NCBI RefSeq assembly: GCF_006345805.1
Contig: NC_043000.1
Location: 134,416,001-134,480,000 of the forward strand
Direction: 5' to 3'
DNA from: Octopus sinensis
Taxonomy: Eukaryota
Length of the DNA stretch: 64,000 nucleotides
In this document: positions 12,306 to 25,233 of the stretch, in pieces
How positions within the stretch are numbered: the first letter of the stretch is position 1
Layout of the letters: every line of letters starts with the position of its first letter
Translations under genes and position numbers: made by a program
The notes under the pieces: generated by a model
The model's input: only the letters and a program-made list of their open reading frames with translations
What the model was told of the DNA's origin: nothing
Database searches by the model: none

Positions 12306-12799
12306 TACAGTATGTATTATATATCTGCACTTATGTAGTTTTCCCTCTTGCACACTATTTTATTTCTCTTATACCTAGTTTTTCTCTGAACCTAGTTTTT
12401 CTCTCAACATTAAACATCAGCAGAGTATGCTTGCCTCTTTCATTGCTTATGTGTTGTTACCATGCAACATCAAACTTCATACCCAAGCTTCATACAACAT
12501 ACCCTTCACTCAAAGAGAGCAACTCTTTACTACCAATAAAGATAATAACTCCACTGAACTTTTGCTACCCTGTTCTTATTCCACAACTCTACTTTCAAAG
12601 CACCCTTAACCATTATTGATTAGCCACCAAGGTAACAGAGGCATTGGAAACAATTTATTCCACTGATACCCAAACTGCTAACTACTTTCGTGCATCTGTT
12701 ACAAACAATATATAAAGTCTTCTAATCTAATTTCACTACACTTTTTGTGTAGTGAAATACTTGTAGTGCACTTAAGCACTGTATGTAATAAGCTTCATC

Positions 12800-13150
12800 A
12801 TATCATCATCATTTTAACATCAACTTTTCTATGCTTGTATGGGTCAGACAGAGTTCATTGAGTGGGATGTCCTTCCTATTGCAACCCTCTCTTGTTTCCA
12901 AGCAAGGTAATATTTGCTTGTGGGTAGATATGTCCTCACAGAATCTTGAAAAGGAATGAGTCATTTTACAACTATGTGATATCAAGACAAGGAGACACAA
13001 ACTTACACACACACACACAAAGACAGGTTCCTTTCAGTTTATCTCTATAAAATCCACTCACAAGGCTTTGGTTGGTCTAAGGCTGTAGTAGAAGACACTT
13101 GTCCAAAGTGTCCTGAACTTAACTTGGAACCATATGGCTGGGAAGTTAAC
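12800..13150 (-). mobile_element. SINE family F (family A head joined to a family C-type tail)
   Basis: Other copies at about 22890-23200, 41550-41800, 44950-45200, 56690-56950 and 57500-57830(+). Confidence 0.75.
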
Positions 13151-14039
13151 TTGTTAATACACCATGATGCCTCCTTATTTTTACTATTTTACAGTTTATA
13201 TTTAGTACACCATATGGAATTCTTACCTCCTTCATTTCTACTGAATGAGTATGACCATTTCCCTGATGACAGAAGGAAACATCTTTTCTGCTAATTACTC
13301 CTCTTCCCTTTTATCTTCTAACCAACTTACTAAAATGTCTTCACTAAGTTTATTATGAGGCCTCACAATTGTAGGTTTTATTTCCACTTTAGGAATTTCT
13401 TCTATAAATCTTCCATAGATTCAGTTACAATAGGATTTCCATATGTTCCAGTTTGACTAAGATTGTCTTGGTTTACCAACAATGTCCCAATTAGTTTCAT
13501 TATTATGTCCCAGTTTTTTAGGCAATTTGAAAAAATTTTGTTCTATATTTTTAACCTGGTTTGACAGAAAAGACACAATATATTGATACTTATTAGTTGT
13601 TTTTATGTATCATGAAACATCTGAAGCATGAGCCCAACCAGGATTTGAAACAAAAATACTCTGCTTTATTCACATGCAAAACCACAATTTTCAGAACTGT
13701 AGATATGAATTGAAAGGAGAAAAATCCAGATGGTCATTAAAAAAAAAACACCAGTTCCTAGAAAATCCAGTTGATAACAGGAAGTCTTATTGTGTTGAAA
13801 GCAATAATATCGTCTGAACTCTGACCTATTCACACATTAATAATTGTTAAAATTAGGCCTTATATAACACGTTTTCCATGAAAACCTCACTCACCCACCA
13901 ACAAATTACTAAAATTACATATTTTTTCTGCTATGTTATTGACCGAAAATTTAACGAAGTGTCAAGGCATTACAGTTTTACATACAAATAAATAAACCAA
14001 CTGTGATGTATATTTTATTTCTCTTTACACTGACATCCA

Positions 14040-14460
14040 CCCATCTCCTTGGGACTATTCCTGGAAGAGCGGGGGGGGGGGGTTTCCTTGGGTACAGAGT
14101 CCTATCAGACGCAGCTGTCATTACACTTTCCAGCCGCATTCAAAAGTTGACCAACTGATACTATGGTTATTTTCCATCCATCTCCTTGGTCTTCTGCCAA
14201 CTGGTTTGGTTTGAAGAATCTTTTTTTGTAATTCTTTCTCACAGCATTTTAATCACAAGTCCATAATACCAGAAATCTGACCTCTCAATGAGGAGAAGTA
14301 GAGGCTTGACCTAGAGAGACTTTCTGATCTTTGAGCAACACACCCTATCAAGTAATATTACTCAGAAGATCCTTCAGAAGGACTCCATTTATAGCCACTT
14401 GTACTTGCATTCATACTCTTTTAGTCATTACCAAATATTCATGACTATGGATGAGGATAT
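14040..14460 (-). mobile_element. Old RTE-like LINE 3' remnant
   Basis: Degenerate FWYYGLV...TAASDR-type C-terminal pattern on the minus strand; weak. Confidence 0.5.
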
Positions 14461-14480
14461 CCTATATATATATATATATA

Positions 14481-14879
14481 ACTCTTTTACTCTTTTGCTT
14501 GTTTTAATAAATTGACTGCGGCCATGCTGGAGCACCACCTTTAGTCGAGAAAATCAACCCCAGGACTTCTTCTTTGTAAGCCTAGTACTTATTCTATCGG
14601 TCTCTTTTGCTGAACCACTAACTTACGGGGATGTAAACACACCACCATCAGTTGTCAAGCAATGTTGGGGGTGGGGTGGGGACAAACACAGACACACAAA
14701 CACACACATATATATATATACATATATACAACGGGCTTCTTTCAGTTTCCGTCTACCAAATCCACTCACAAGGCTTTGGTCGGCCCGAGGCTATAGTAGA
14801 AGATACTTGCCCAAGGTGCCACGCAGTGGGACTGAACCCGGAACCATGTGATTGGTAAGCAAGCTACTTACCACACAGC

Positions 14880-14882
<3 letters not shown>
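14481..14882 (-). mobile_element. SINE family A
   Basis: As 8668-9056, reverse orientation. Confidence 0.92.
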
Positions 14883-14916
<34 letters not shown>

Positions 14917-14989
14917 GTATAATCTCTTTATATATATTAAAAATATTTTTGATTCAGTTTTACCCAGTTGACAAGAATGTATGAATTTA

Positions 14990-17100
14990 TAATGAAGGTT
15001 TACTTTTTCTACAAATAAAGTTTTCTGTGGTGACAGTAAAATGTGCTCACTGTTTTGCAGGGTTTTCTGTGGTGCATAGAGATAGGCACATAGATTTTTC
15101 TTCACTGGTAAATATCGTTTGCAATCTCAAAGGAACAAGACAATTGATGGTTTATCTTGATCAGAATTTTTTTTTTATATAAAATCAGAAATGATCAAAT
15201 TGAAGCTTTCGGTACTCTTAAAGCTGTGATTTTTTTTTTAAATTTCCATACAGTTTCTCATGACTTTAGTTCCAAGGCATCTGTCAAAGCCAGCACAATA
15301 TAAAACAGTGATTTTGAATGTAATTTCACCAATAGCAAAATATGAGCTTGCTAAAGAACAAGCAGGGGAAAATTTTTGATAATTTCTATGGATGTGTCAG
15401 ACCAAAAAAGTGGTAAAATGATATTACTTTCCTGGTCAGAATACAGGACAAATTTTTGGATATGCACACTATTCCATGAAATACCTTGGTTTTAGTTGGT
15501 GATATTCAAAGGTTGTTGGAAAAAAGTTAATGGATTTTGCGTGAAGACAACCGCAACACAAATAATAAAATGACAAAACAGGAACACATTTATCCAATTA
15601 CAAAAAAAAAAAAAAAGAAACTTCTAGAGGATGTCATTGGCATTGGCTCTAGTGTACACACTGTATAATTGTCTCCAAACAACTGATATTGAAGCACTTA
15701 TGTGAAAATTTCCAAATACTCACACATAAATACAGGTCATGGTAACAACTAAAAGAACTTCGTGAGTTTGCTGAAGTAGAATGGCAAAACCTAATACAAC
15801 TTGGTAATACCAGATTTTTGTCAATGCTACGTAGATTTGAAAGACTTATTTACATTTTGCTGGCTTAAAATCCTACTTACGCTTCCAAGAACACTGCCTA
15901 GGGTTGATAAAACAATTCTTAAAAAACATCATCATCATCATCATCGTTTAACCTCCGTTTCCCATGCTGGCATGGGTTGGATGGTTTGACTGAGGTCTGG
16001 AGAGCCAGCGGTTCCAATCTGATCTGGCAACATTCTAATGCCAACCACTCCGAGAGTGTAGTGGGTGCTTTTTACGTGCCACTGGCACAGGAGCCAGTCA
16101 GGTGGGCCTGGCATCAATCACATTCGGACAGTGTATTTATGACTTCTACATGTGTAGGTTAGTTTTTTCGCCAAATTCATTCTGGTCATGGAGAAGGACA
16201 ATGTTAAGGTAGCAGATATCAAATTAGAAATACTAAACCTAATTACAAACTTAGAACAATCGCAAAAAAATATAAGAATTTGTATATGAATATGCAATGG
16301 CCTTACTGAGAAAATTTGGAGAAAATATTGGAAACTTTAAAGAGTGAAGGAAGAGAGTAAAAGTGAAAGAAAGAGTTTTAAATATTTTTGGAAAGTTTAA
16401 CCCTTTCGTTACTGTATTTATTTTCGATGCTTTGTGTTTCTTTCAATTACTTTAAATATAACAAAGAATTTAGTAAAATAACTAAGTTATCATTCAGCTA
16501 GTGTTAGGAACATAAATTGTGACTAAGGTTTAGTGGAAGATTTTAATTCAAAACTTATGAAAACAAGACATTTATACTCAGAGTCGGAGCCAGTTTCAGC
16601 CGGGTTGGTAATGAAAGGGTTAAAGAATGTTGCTCATACAAAAACTGATGGAAAGAGAACTGTCTAGAGACATATATTGACAGTGTTGAGTAGTCTGCAG
16701 TTAAGAACAACTAAAACTCTGGAAAGCATTGATTGAATATTTGATAAGGTTATTATTGCAACAGAGCTTTTGGGCTTCTAAGACAGAAGTTTGGGCAACA
16801 CAAAACTTTAAATACAAACACAGTGACAAATTTTGTTGCTCAAGGCGAAGAAATGACACAAATATAAAAAAAAAATCTTAGTGCTGAAGTAAAATATATT
16901 CTTTGTCTTCTTAGTACTTCAGCACCAGGGGCCTTTTGATGACTAAAACTTTCTACTAAGCTGCTCAAAACTTAACAAAATTAAAAATGACAATGAGGTT
17001 TTAGAAAAGTAGTTTCAAAAGAAAAAAATGAAAGTACTGGTGACTGAATAAAATATTACTTAGCAAGAAAATTGTGCTTAGTTTGATATATTTCTAAATG
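14990..17100 (+). pseudogene. Decayed hAT-superfamily transposase with nested SINE and MITE insertions
   Basis: Fragments translate to hAT-like motifs: FHTVSHDFSS, ISMDVSD, IGIGSSVHTxxNCLQ, ELREFAEVEWQNLIQLGNTRFLSML and the dimerisation-like YILCLLSTSAP. Many stops and frameshifts; boundaries approximate. Confidence 0.7.
16401..16619. mobile_element. piggyBac-like MITE, family P1
   Basis: CCCTTT...AAAGGG termini, TTAA on both sides; inserted in the hAT fossil. Confidence 0.85.
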
Positions 17101-17474
17101 TCACTATTCAACTAGACAATATTTTACATGCCTATGGCAGCGTGCAGGAAGAATCATCAGCATGTTGGCAAAATGCTTAGTGGCATTTCATTCATCTTCA
17201 AATTCTGTCACGGTTGACCTTGCCTTTCACCCTTTCAGGGTCAATGTAATCGACTCGCCCACAACTCTCAAAATTGCTGGCTTTGCGCCAAAATTTGAAA
17301 CCAATATTTTACATGCTTGTGCTGTCAAGTAAAAAAGCCCCTTTGTACATCTATTTCTGTTCCCTGTCTTTCTCTATCCATTTACCATGTTTCTACACGA
17401 TAAAGGCAAATCATATGTCTTGCTAGCTAACATGTCTCACTTCAGTACTTGTCAGGAACTACTTTCATATAACT

Positions 17475-17790
17475 TTACTTACTTGTACTTGTGGCGACAT
17501 TCACCCTGGGCGGGTTGAGTCGGCTTCTTCTACCACCCTCGAGGCATCTCGAACCATGGCAGCCCACGCATGACGGTCCTGCGCCACTTCACTGGAGATA
17601 GCGAGCCAGTCACAGTTCCATTGGCGCAGGCCGACCACCTGTGGTCCCGTGAGCAAGGAGAGGTCCTCCTTGATCGTCGTAACCCAGGTCTTCAGCTGCC
17701 CGCCCGTGCGTTTCCGCCAGTTGGGAAGTAGAGTTGGGAGAAGGACATCACGGCTCAGTTCACCCACCAGACGCCTACTTTCATATAAGA
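17475..17790 (-). mobile_element. Young RTE-clade LINE 3' end
   Basis: GC- and CpG-rich. Encodes PNWRKRTGGQLKTWVTTIKEDL...VAQDRHAWAAMVRDA...STRPG-stop, followed by a CAAGTA-type tail. Confidence 0.85.
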
Positions 17791-17939
17791 CAAAAACTTG
17801 CAATTTTAATGTACTTGCCAGATCACCTTCCCTTTCTCTTAACACCCAACCCCTACACCACAATCCTTCAGATCTTGCATCATAGTCCTGTTGTATTTGG
17901 TTTCTACCTCCATTGGTCACAGTTTTAAATTTGAAAATT

Positions 17940-18860
17940 ACAATAAGCTCAGTTTTAAGTACTAGTCATCAGCATACAGGAGTTCCCATGGACAACCAAT
18001 CTTAAACTTCTTTATTGTGGCCCAGAGAACTATAATAAGTAGAGGGGGCTGAGAACAGAGTCTTGAGAGACATCTACCTGCACATTAAATTCTTCAAACA
18101 CATTACCAACTCTCAGTTTGCTGATGGCATCTCTGTACATGGTTTGCATTATTCTCACAACCCATTCATCTGTACATAATTTTCTTAAAGACCAACAAAC
18201 TACAAAGTATGGTACCCTGTCAAGACCCTCTTCAGATCAGAAAATACTAGATGAAGTGGTTTACGCTTAGCTAAAAATTTTTCTTGCAGTTGTTTGACTA
18301 AGAAGAAGGCATCAATGGTACCATGACCAAGGACAAATTCACACTGCCCCTCATCTAAGCCATTCTAATTCTCTTTCCAATCAGCTGTGCTAAAACTCTT
18401 TAGGTAGTTTTCATGACATAGTCCATCAGTTTGATAACCCTATAGTTGCTTTTGTTCTAACATCAACAGTCTCTCCAAACCCATCCTTCATGGACCTAAA
18501 CCAATCACGATAACTCTTATGTTGTTTACCTGACAAAAGGAAGAGGATATCCAGTGATGGGCGTATCTTCATTTGAATTCTGCTTTCTGTACTTGAAAAG
18601 AAGTGGATGACCATTTGATGATGGTTAAAAGGTTCATACCACAAGGCCAGGTGTTTCTACTTAACCATCCCACAAACCATACACAGCATTAACATGGTGT
18701 TAGTCATAGGGGTTTTCTTTATATTCGTGATTGTCATGACTTTGGCATAGATTGCCTGTCTAAGTTGCTACACTATGTCTTGGGTGGTGAACCATTCTAA
18801 ATCACCAGTACATGAGACTAGTTTTAAAGAAACCTTTTTTTGATTAGAAATCATTTATAA
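17940..18860 (-). mobile_element. Decayed RTE reverse transcriptase fragment
   Basis: Minus strand gives EWVVRIMQ, VGNVFEEFNVQV and GCPWELLYADD (the YADD catalytic motif near 17965-17976); many stops. Confidence 0.85.
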
Positions 18861-19552
18861 GAAATGTCTCACTTCATAAAATGTTTAATAGTTATACTTT
18901 GGATCACATCATACTGATAATTTCTAAAAAGAATGAAATAGTACTATACACAATTACTACTGACTAGATATTTTAAGAACTTTGTAATTAGTCAAGAACA
19001 ACAATTATATAAATGTGGTTTATGCATCTTTTGCCTTATTCTTTAATTTCAAATTCAAACTTTTAATCCAGCCAAATATTATAAAGCCGTGATTACCTCC
19101 CTTGAATTAATAGCCCGCTAGAGGACAATACATGCTTCAGGATTTCACTCTATCATTATCCCTTTCTTTCTCTGAGTTCTAAGTACCAGAAATTTATTGT
19201 TTCTATACTACTTTTATACTGTAAAGAAACCATTCATGTCGCTTTCAACTTACTGCCATTCTGTCCTCATTACTAAGTCAACTCGTGAACCTTGGCTTTT
19301 CAAAAATCTACATCTCCTTTAAATATGCCCTCACTTGTGATAAATAACTACAGTAATTCATGATTGTATTTAGTTTCACCTTTTTTACACTCTTAAGTTT
19401 GAATCTTGTCATGGCCAGCTTTACTTTCATTCATCTGGAGTTGATAAAATACTTATTAGTTGTGCACAAAACTTAATCCACTTAACTATATTCCTCCCCC
19501 TTCTAATTTGTAACTCTATGCCATAGCAACAAATTATTTGAAATGTTAGAAA

Positions 19553-19700
19553 TCATCATAATCATCATCATCAATATCATCATCATCATCCATATCATCA
19601 TCATCATCATCAATATCATCATCCATATCATCATCATCATCATCATCAATATCATCGTCATCATCATCATCACCCCCACCACCACCACCATCCTCATTAT
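19553..19700. repeat. (ATC)n/(CAC)n microsatellite
   Basis: Directly visible. Confidence 0.97.
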
Positions 19701-20448
19701 TGCTATTAATTATGCAACAAGCTGGCAGAATCAACAGTGCATCAAACAAAAGGCTTATTGACATTTCTTCTGACTCTTTACATTCTCAGGTTCAAATCCT
19801 GCCAAAGTCAACTTTGCATTTCCTCCTTTTGGCATCAATGAAATAAGTACCAGTAGCATACTGGAGTTAATGACATCAATTAGCGCCCCCCACCACCACC
19901 ACCAAAATTTCAGGCCTTGTGCCTAGAGTAGAAAGGAGATGTTGCACTCACGATCTAGTGATCATGGTTTCAATTCCTAGACATGGTGGCACATTGTATT
20001 CTTGAACAAAACTTCATCTCATGTTGCTCTGCAATCACTTTGACACCTGACACATGTGGTACACCGTGTACCTGTTCAGAGAACATTGATTTGATGGAGT
20101 GAGCAAGCTAATGTAGGGCACAAACATTTGATTGCTATCGACAAATCATTTGTGCAGGTCGTCCAGCAAGAGCTGAACGTTCATATAATGTCTTCAATGG
20201 GAGAGTCCATCATCATCATCATCATTATTATTATTACTATCATTATTATTATTATTATTATTACCATACCAGCATAGAAAACAGACCTTAAATAATGATT
20301 ATTATTATTATTATTATTATTAATATGGGTTTTTCTTCTTCTTTCAAATTTGCTTCCATTTCTTGCCGAGTGTCTTCCCAACTCCTAGGGCAAAGAAACT
20401 CATTGTATACATTGGTAGGCCATTAAACTAAACTCACTAGTTCGTTCA

Positions 20449-20493
<45 letters not shown>

Positions 20494-20784
20494 GAAAACT
20501 CACAGCTTATTTTGCTGAGTATGATGGGAAGTGTCAGCTGTCCACACCCAGCAGACTTTGGTGACATTTGTTTACTGGTCATGCTTCAAGAACCCTACGA
20601 AGAATTCTTGCAGTTCCAAGCAATGCTGATTTTTGTAGGTGTTCTACCTTCACACTTGCACCAATCATCATCATCATCATCATCATTACTATTATTACTA
20701 TTATTATTATTATTACCATACCAGCATAGAAAACAGACCTTAAATAATGATGATGATGATTATTATTATTATTATTATTATGTG

Positions 20785-21345
20785 ATGAAAACTCACAGCT
20801 TATTTTGCCGGGTATGATAGAAAATGTCAGCTGTCCACAGCCAGTAGACTATGGTGACATTTGTTTACTGGTCATGCTCCAAGAACCCTATGAAGAATTC
20901 TTGCAGTTCCAAGCAATGTTGGTTTTTGTAGGTGTTCTACCTTCACACTTGCACCAATCTTTTTCAGCCATGTTGGTAACTGAGTGCTGATACTTCCAAG
21001 TGCGCCAATTACTACTGGTATCAGGTCTACTCTCCTCATTGACCACAACCTTCGTATTTCCCACTTCAAATCGTCATAGTTGTTTATTTTTTCTTCTTCT
21101 GCCACATTGATCCTGTTGTCACCGAGGCATGCTTTGTTGATTACCATGCATGTTCTTTCTTTTTTATTCACCACAACAATGTCCGGTCTCTGATGTCTGG
21201 TCAGGTGAACACACTGGATCATAGCATCCCACAGGATTTTGCAATTCTCATTCTCGGTGACTCCTTCTGGGGTTTTCTCATACCACATCTTTGCTCTTTT
21301 TAGGCCGTGATTTCCAAAGTGCTCCCAATGGATCATTGTCATGAC
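20785..21345 (-). mobile_element. 5'-truncated R4/Dong-clade non-LTR retrotransposon (restriction-like endonuclease domain plus 3' UTR)
   Basis: ORF 20872..21342 has the RLE signature KILWD...RPDIVVV...EEEKINNYDDL...IPVVIGALG...LQKPTLLGTARILHRVL; (ATT)n tracts on both sides. Confidence 0.88.
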
Positions 21346-21398
21346 GTCTTTTGTATTTGCGTTGTGTCAATTTTGGGCATTCACTAACAATTATCATC

Positions 21399-21430
<32 letters not shown>

Positions 21431-22336
21431 TATGATTATTATTATAATTTAAGGCAGCAAGCTTACAAAACTGTTATAGCATGCCAAACAAAATGCTTAA
21501 CAGCATTCCATCTGTCTTCATGACCTGAGTCCAAATTCTACCAAGGTCAACTTTGCTTTCATCCTTTCAGGGTCAAAGAAATATGTATAATCAATTTACC
21601 CCCTCTCCTGAAATTGTTGGCCTTGTACCAAAATTTATAATTATTATTGTTAGGGACAGTGTTTCTTATCCTCCTGCAATCAATAATCTCAAATACCAGT
21701 AATATATTGGTAATACTTCAAACAACTGCGAAAACTGGTTCTGTGGTTTTTGAAAGAAATTGTAATTTTAAGGTAATTGAAGATGTAGGTAGAAGAGAAA
21801 CTACACAAGATGTTTTATCAGTGGGAGGGAGGAGGGGTTACCTTGTTGCCACCTGAAGAAGGATCAATAAAATGGATAAAAGTAATATGATGCAGGAATC
21901 ACTATGATTGATTTTGCCTTCTTGCCTTTTCAGAAAAACCAATGATATACCTAAAGAAATCAACACCATCATGATTATTATTACTCCCACCAAATTCTCA
22001 TGGCTCACACTGCTATTACTACTGCTGCTATTCAAACTAGGGAAGAAACTTCTATATAGCTGCTCAACCTGCTAGAAATAGTAGTTAAATTTCCCTCAAA
22101 TTACATCCTGCCATAGTGGTTATCCATCTTTTTGATTTCACAGTGCACTGGCGATCAAATAAAAAATAACTGCTGGCACTTTCTCTTTGAAAGCTACAAA
22201 AAAGCTCTCTGAAGGTTTAAAATTTTAGAAAAATACACAGAAAACTATTACTACCCTGGTTTTATTAATCATTTGGGTGTTCAACAAAATTACAAATAAC
22301 ATGCTTTAACAAAATTTTTAATCCTTTAGCATTTAA

Positions 22337-22557
22337 CTCTTTAGTGTTCAGATTACTCTGTTAAATGTAATGCTTTTTTAATTAAATTGTTTTGAATTAA
22401 TCAAGCATTATCTTATAGCTTTGAGGTTTCAATGATGTGATTGTTTATTTTTAGAATGTCAATGTAGGTTAGATGTGAGAGGACAGATATGGCCAGTTTG
22501 AATATAAAATATGTAGAATATATTGGGCCGGATTTGGCCAGTTTAAACACTAAAGGG
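22337..22557. mobile_element. piggyBac-like MITE P2 inserted into another P2 copy
   Basis: TTAA TSDs at 22333-22336 and 22558-22561; the host copy runs about 22320-22740 in the opposite orientation. Confidence 0.8.
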
Positions 22558-23107
22558 TTAAAACAACCATATCCGGCCAAAGTATTCTACCTGTTTTAAG
22601 TTCAAACCAGCCAGGTCTGACTCTGACACCAGCCTTACAATGTCATTCTAAAACTAAACAGTCATATTATCAGGATTTAAATGTTACAAGAGAATGCATG
22701 ATTAATTCAAAACAATGGATATTAATAAGCATTACATTTGCCTGGCTTCCCAGACCCCGGTCGAACCGTCCAACCCGTGCTAGCATGGAAAACGGACATT
22801 AAACGATGATGATGATGATGATCTGAAAGATAAAGGGTTAAATTATATTTTGTAAGAAATCCATGGCACTGATGGAAAGATGTGATGTAAATATCATTAT
22901 CATTTTTAATGTCCACTTTTCCAAGCTTGCATTGGTCAGATACAATTTGTTGAAGCAGATTTTCTATGGCTAGATGTCCTTCCTGTTGCCAAGCCTCACT
23001 TGTTTTCCTCATGGCCAGAAATGATTTTCATGGAAAACTGGAAACAAACAACACTGCTTATATGACAGTGACGCTCTTTTACAACCATCATGTGATGTCA
23101 AGACAAG

Positions 23108-23144
<37 letters not shown>

Positions 23145-23449
23145 ATATACACATTTCCATCAAGCAAATTTACTTACAAGGTTTTTGTCAACACAGCACT
23201 CACAACTTTCAGAAGCAATTTTTCATGCTCAGAATTGCTGAAGCATAGAAATAAACAACCCACTTCAGTTGTCGGGGGTACTACATCCTTCAAAACTTCC
23301 ATACTTCCTGAAATTCGCCAACAGTACACCTGATGACTCCCAACTGCCATTTTTTTAAAGACTTGTTAACTATTCCCTTCCTGTACATATTCTATGTACT
23401 GTTCATGGAGTTTTAGTTAGTTGTAGTGGACTGGAGCACAGTATACAAT

Positions 23450-23484
<35 letters not shown>

Positions 23485-23514
23485 ATTATTATCATCATCA
23501 TTATTATTATTATT

Positions 23515-24007
23515 GAGAGGGCAGTGCATGCCATCAAAGTGACACTGGGGTAAAATATATGAAGCCCAGTATACCCATCATGACTACCTGTCTTATAAGG
23601 GTACACTAAGCACATGCACCACAACCATATGTGCGCAACATAATGATCTCATATCAAGATAAACAGTGCATGACCTTGCAGATGGGGGCCCGGTTAGAAT
23701 TTTCTTCAGGTCGAGTAGCCCGTCCTGCTCAAAAGATCCCTGAATAAGGGTTGTTTAAGGATGTTGAACAAAACACCTAAGTCTCAAAGGTGAATTATCC
23801 AAACCCCAAAGAATTCCTCTCAATACATGGCCATGATGCTCCTCCACTACTTCCACTCGTGATCAGAGATGCACATATCGTCAGCCACTAAGGGACATAC
23901 TCAACTGGTTACGGTCAAGCAACTGACAAGCAAATCTGTGGTATTGAGCAGAATATATGCTGTAGCCCATCAGCGAGAGCCACTGACTGGTACTGTATCA
24001 GGGCATT
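23515..24007. mobile_element. About 490-bp GC-richer non-coding interspersed repeat embedded in (ATT)n
   Basis: Sharp compositional boundaries, (ATT)n on both sides, no credible ORF. Confidence 0.55.
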
Positions 24008-25174
24008 TATTATTATTATTATTATTATTATAGTAGAAGACACCTGTACAAGGTGCCACTAAGTGAGAGTGAACCCAAGACCATATGATATGGAAGCAAG
24101 CTTCTTAACCACACAGACACCCCTGTAAATTTGATATCTGATCTCCATTGTGCCACAAAGTCAGAAACATTAGAGGATCACTGACCTAGACAGTACAGCA
24201 CTAAATTTGATTTTTATCCTGTCATACATCAATGATTTAAAGATAGCTTTAACATTTCAACTTGATGCTTATCATTGTTATGAATATAATAGCACTTCAG
24301 TATTATAGCACTGTCATATATAATATATCCTTCTATCACTATCTTCTATCATCATCATCATCACCATCAGCATCATCAACAACATCCTCCTTTAATGTCC
24401 ATTTCGCATGCTGGCATGAGTTGTGCAGTTTGACCAGAGCTGGCAAGCTACAGAGCTACACCAGGTTTCAGTTTGATTTGGCTTGGTTTCTACAGCTGGA
24501 TGCCCTTCTCTATACCAACCACTTCACAGTATGCACTGGGTACTTTTAACATGACACAAGTATGAGCGCTTTTACATGGCATTGGTACAGGACTCTTGCA
24601 AGCCAATCTCCTTCATCAGAGGATGCTTAACACTTCTGCTGTAGAGAGTGGGTCTTCTTGATTACAGCAAGGCACCAGTTATCTCGGTTCTTTGTCATCA
24701 CAAAACTTATTTTATCATTCTCTGCTTATCAAATCAATAGGTTACACTTATATAAAGGAATGCAACACTAGCTTACACTGGTAAATATAAACAGATACAA
24801 ATGCATGGGACATAAAAAGCACTATCTAAACATGGCCGATGCAAGCAGCCCCTAACTGGCTCCCATGCTGGTAGCACGTAAAAAGCACTATTCAAATGTG
24901 ATCGATGCCAGGTCCGCTTGACTGGCTCCTGTGCTGGTGGCATGTAAAAAGTACCCACTAAACTCTTGGAGTGGTTGGCGTTAAGAAGGGCATCCAGCAG
25001 TAGAAACAATACCAGATCAGATTGGAGCCTGGTTCAGACCTCAGTCAAACCGTCTAACCCATGCCAGCATGGAAAATGGACGTTACATAATCATCATTAT
25101 CATCATCATCCTCACCACCATCAGCATCACCACCATCATCATCGCCGCCACCACCACCACCACCACCACCACCA

Positions 25175-25233
<59 letters not shown>

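Noticed and set aside
21838-22035. TM-like ORF and an 11-nt microexon candidate cag|GTGGCAACAAG|gtaacc
   Set aside because: Frame-shifting length, no homology, and it starts within a short repeat; unsupported without reads.
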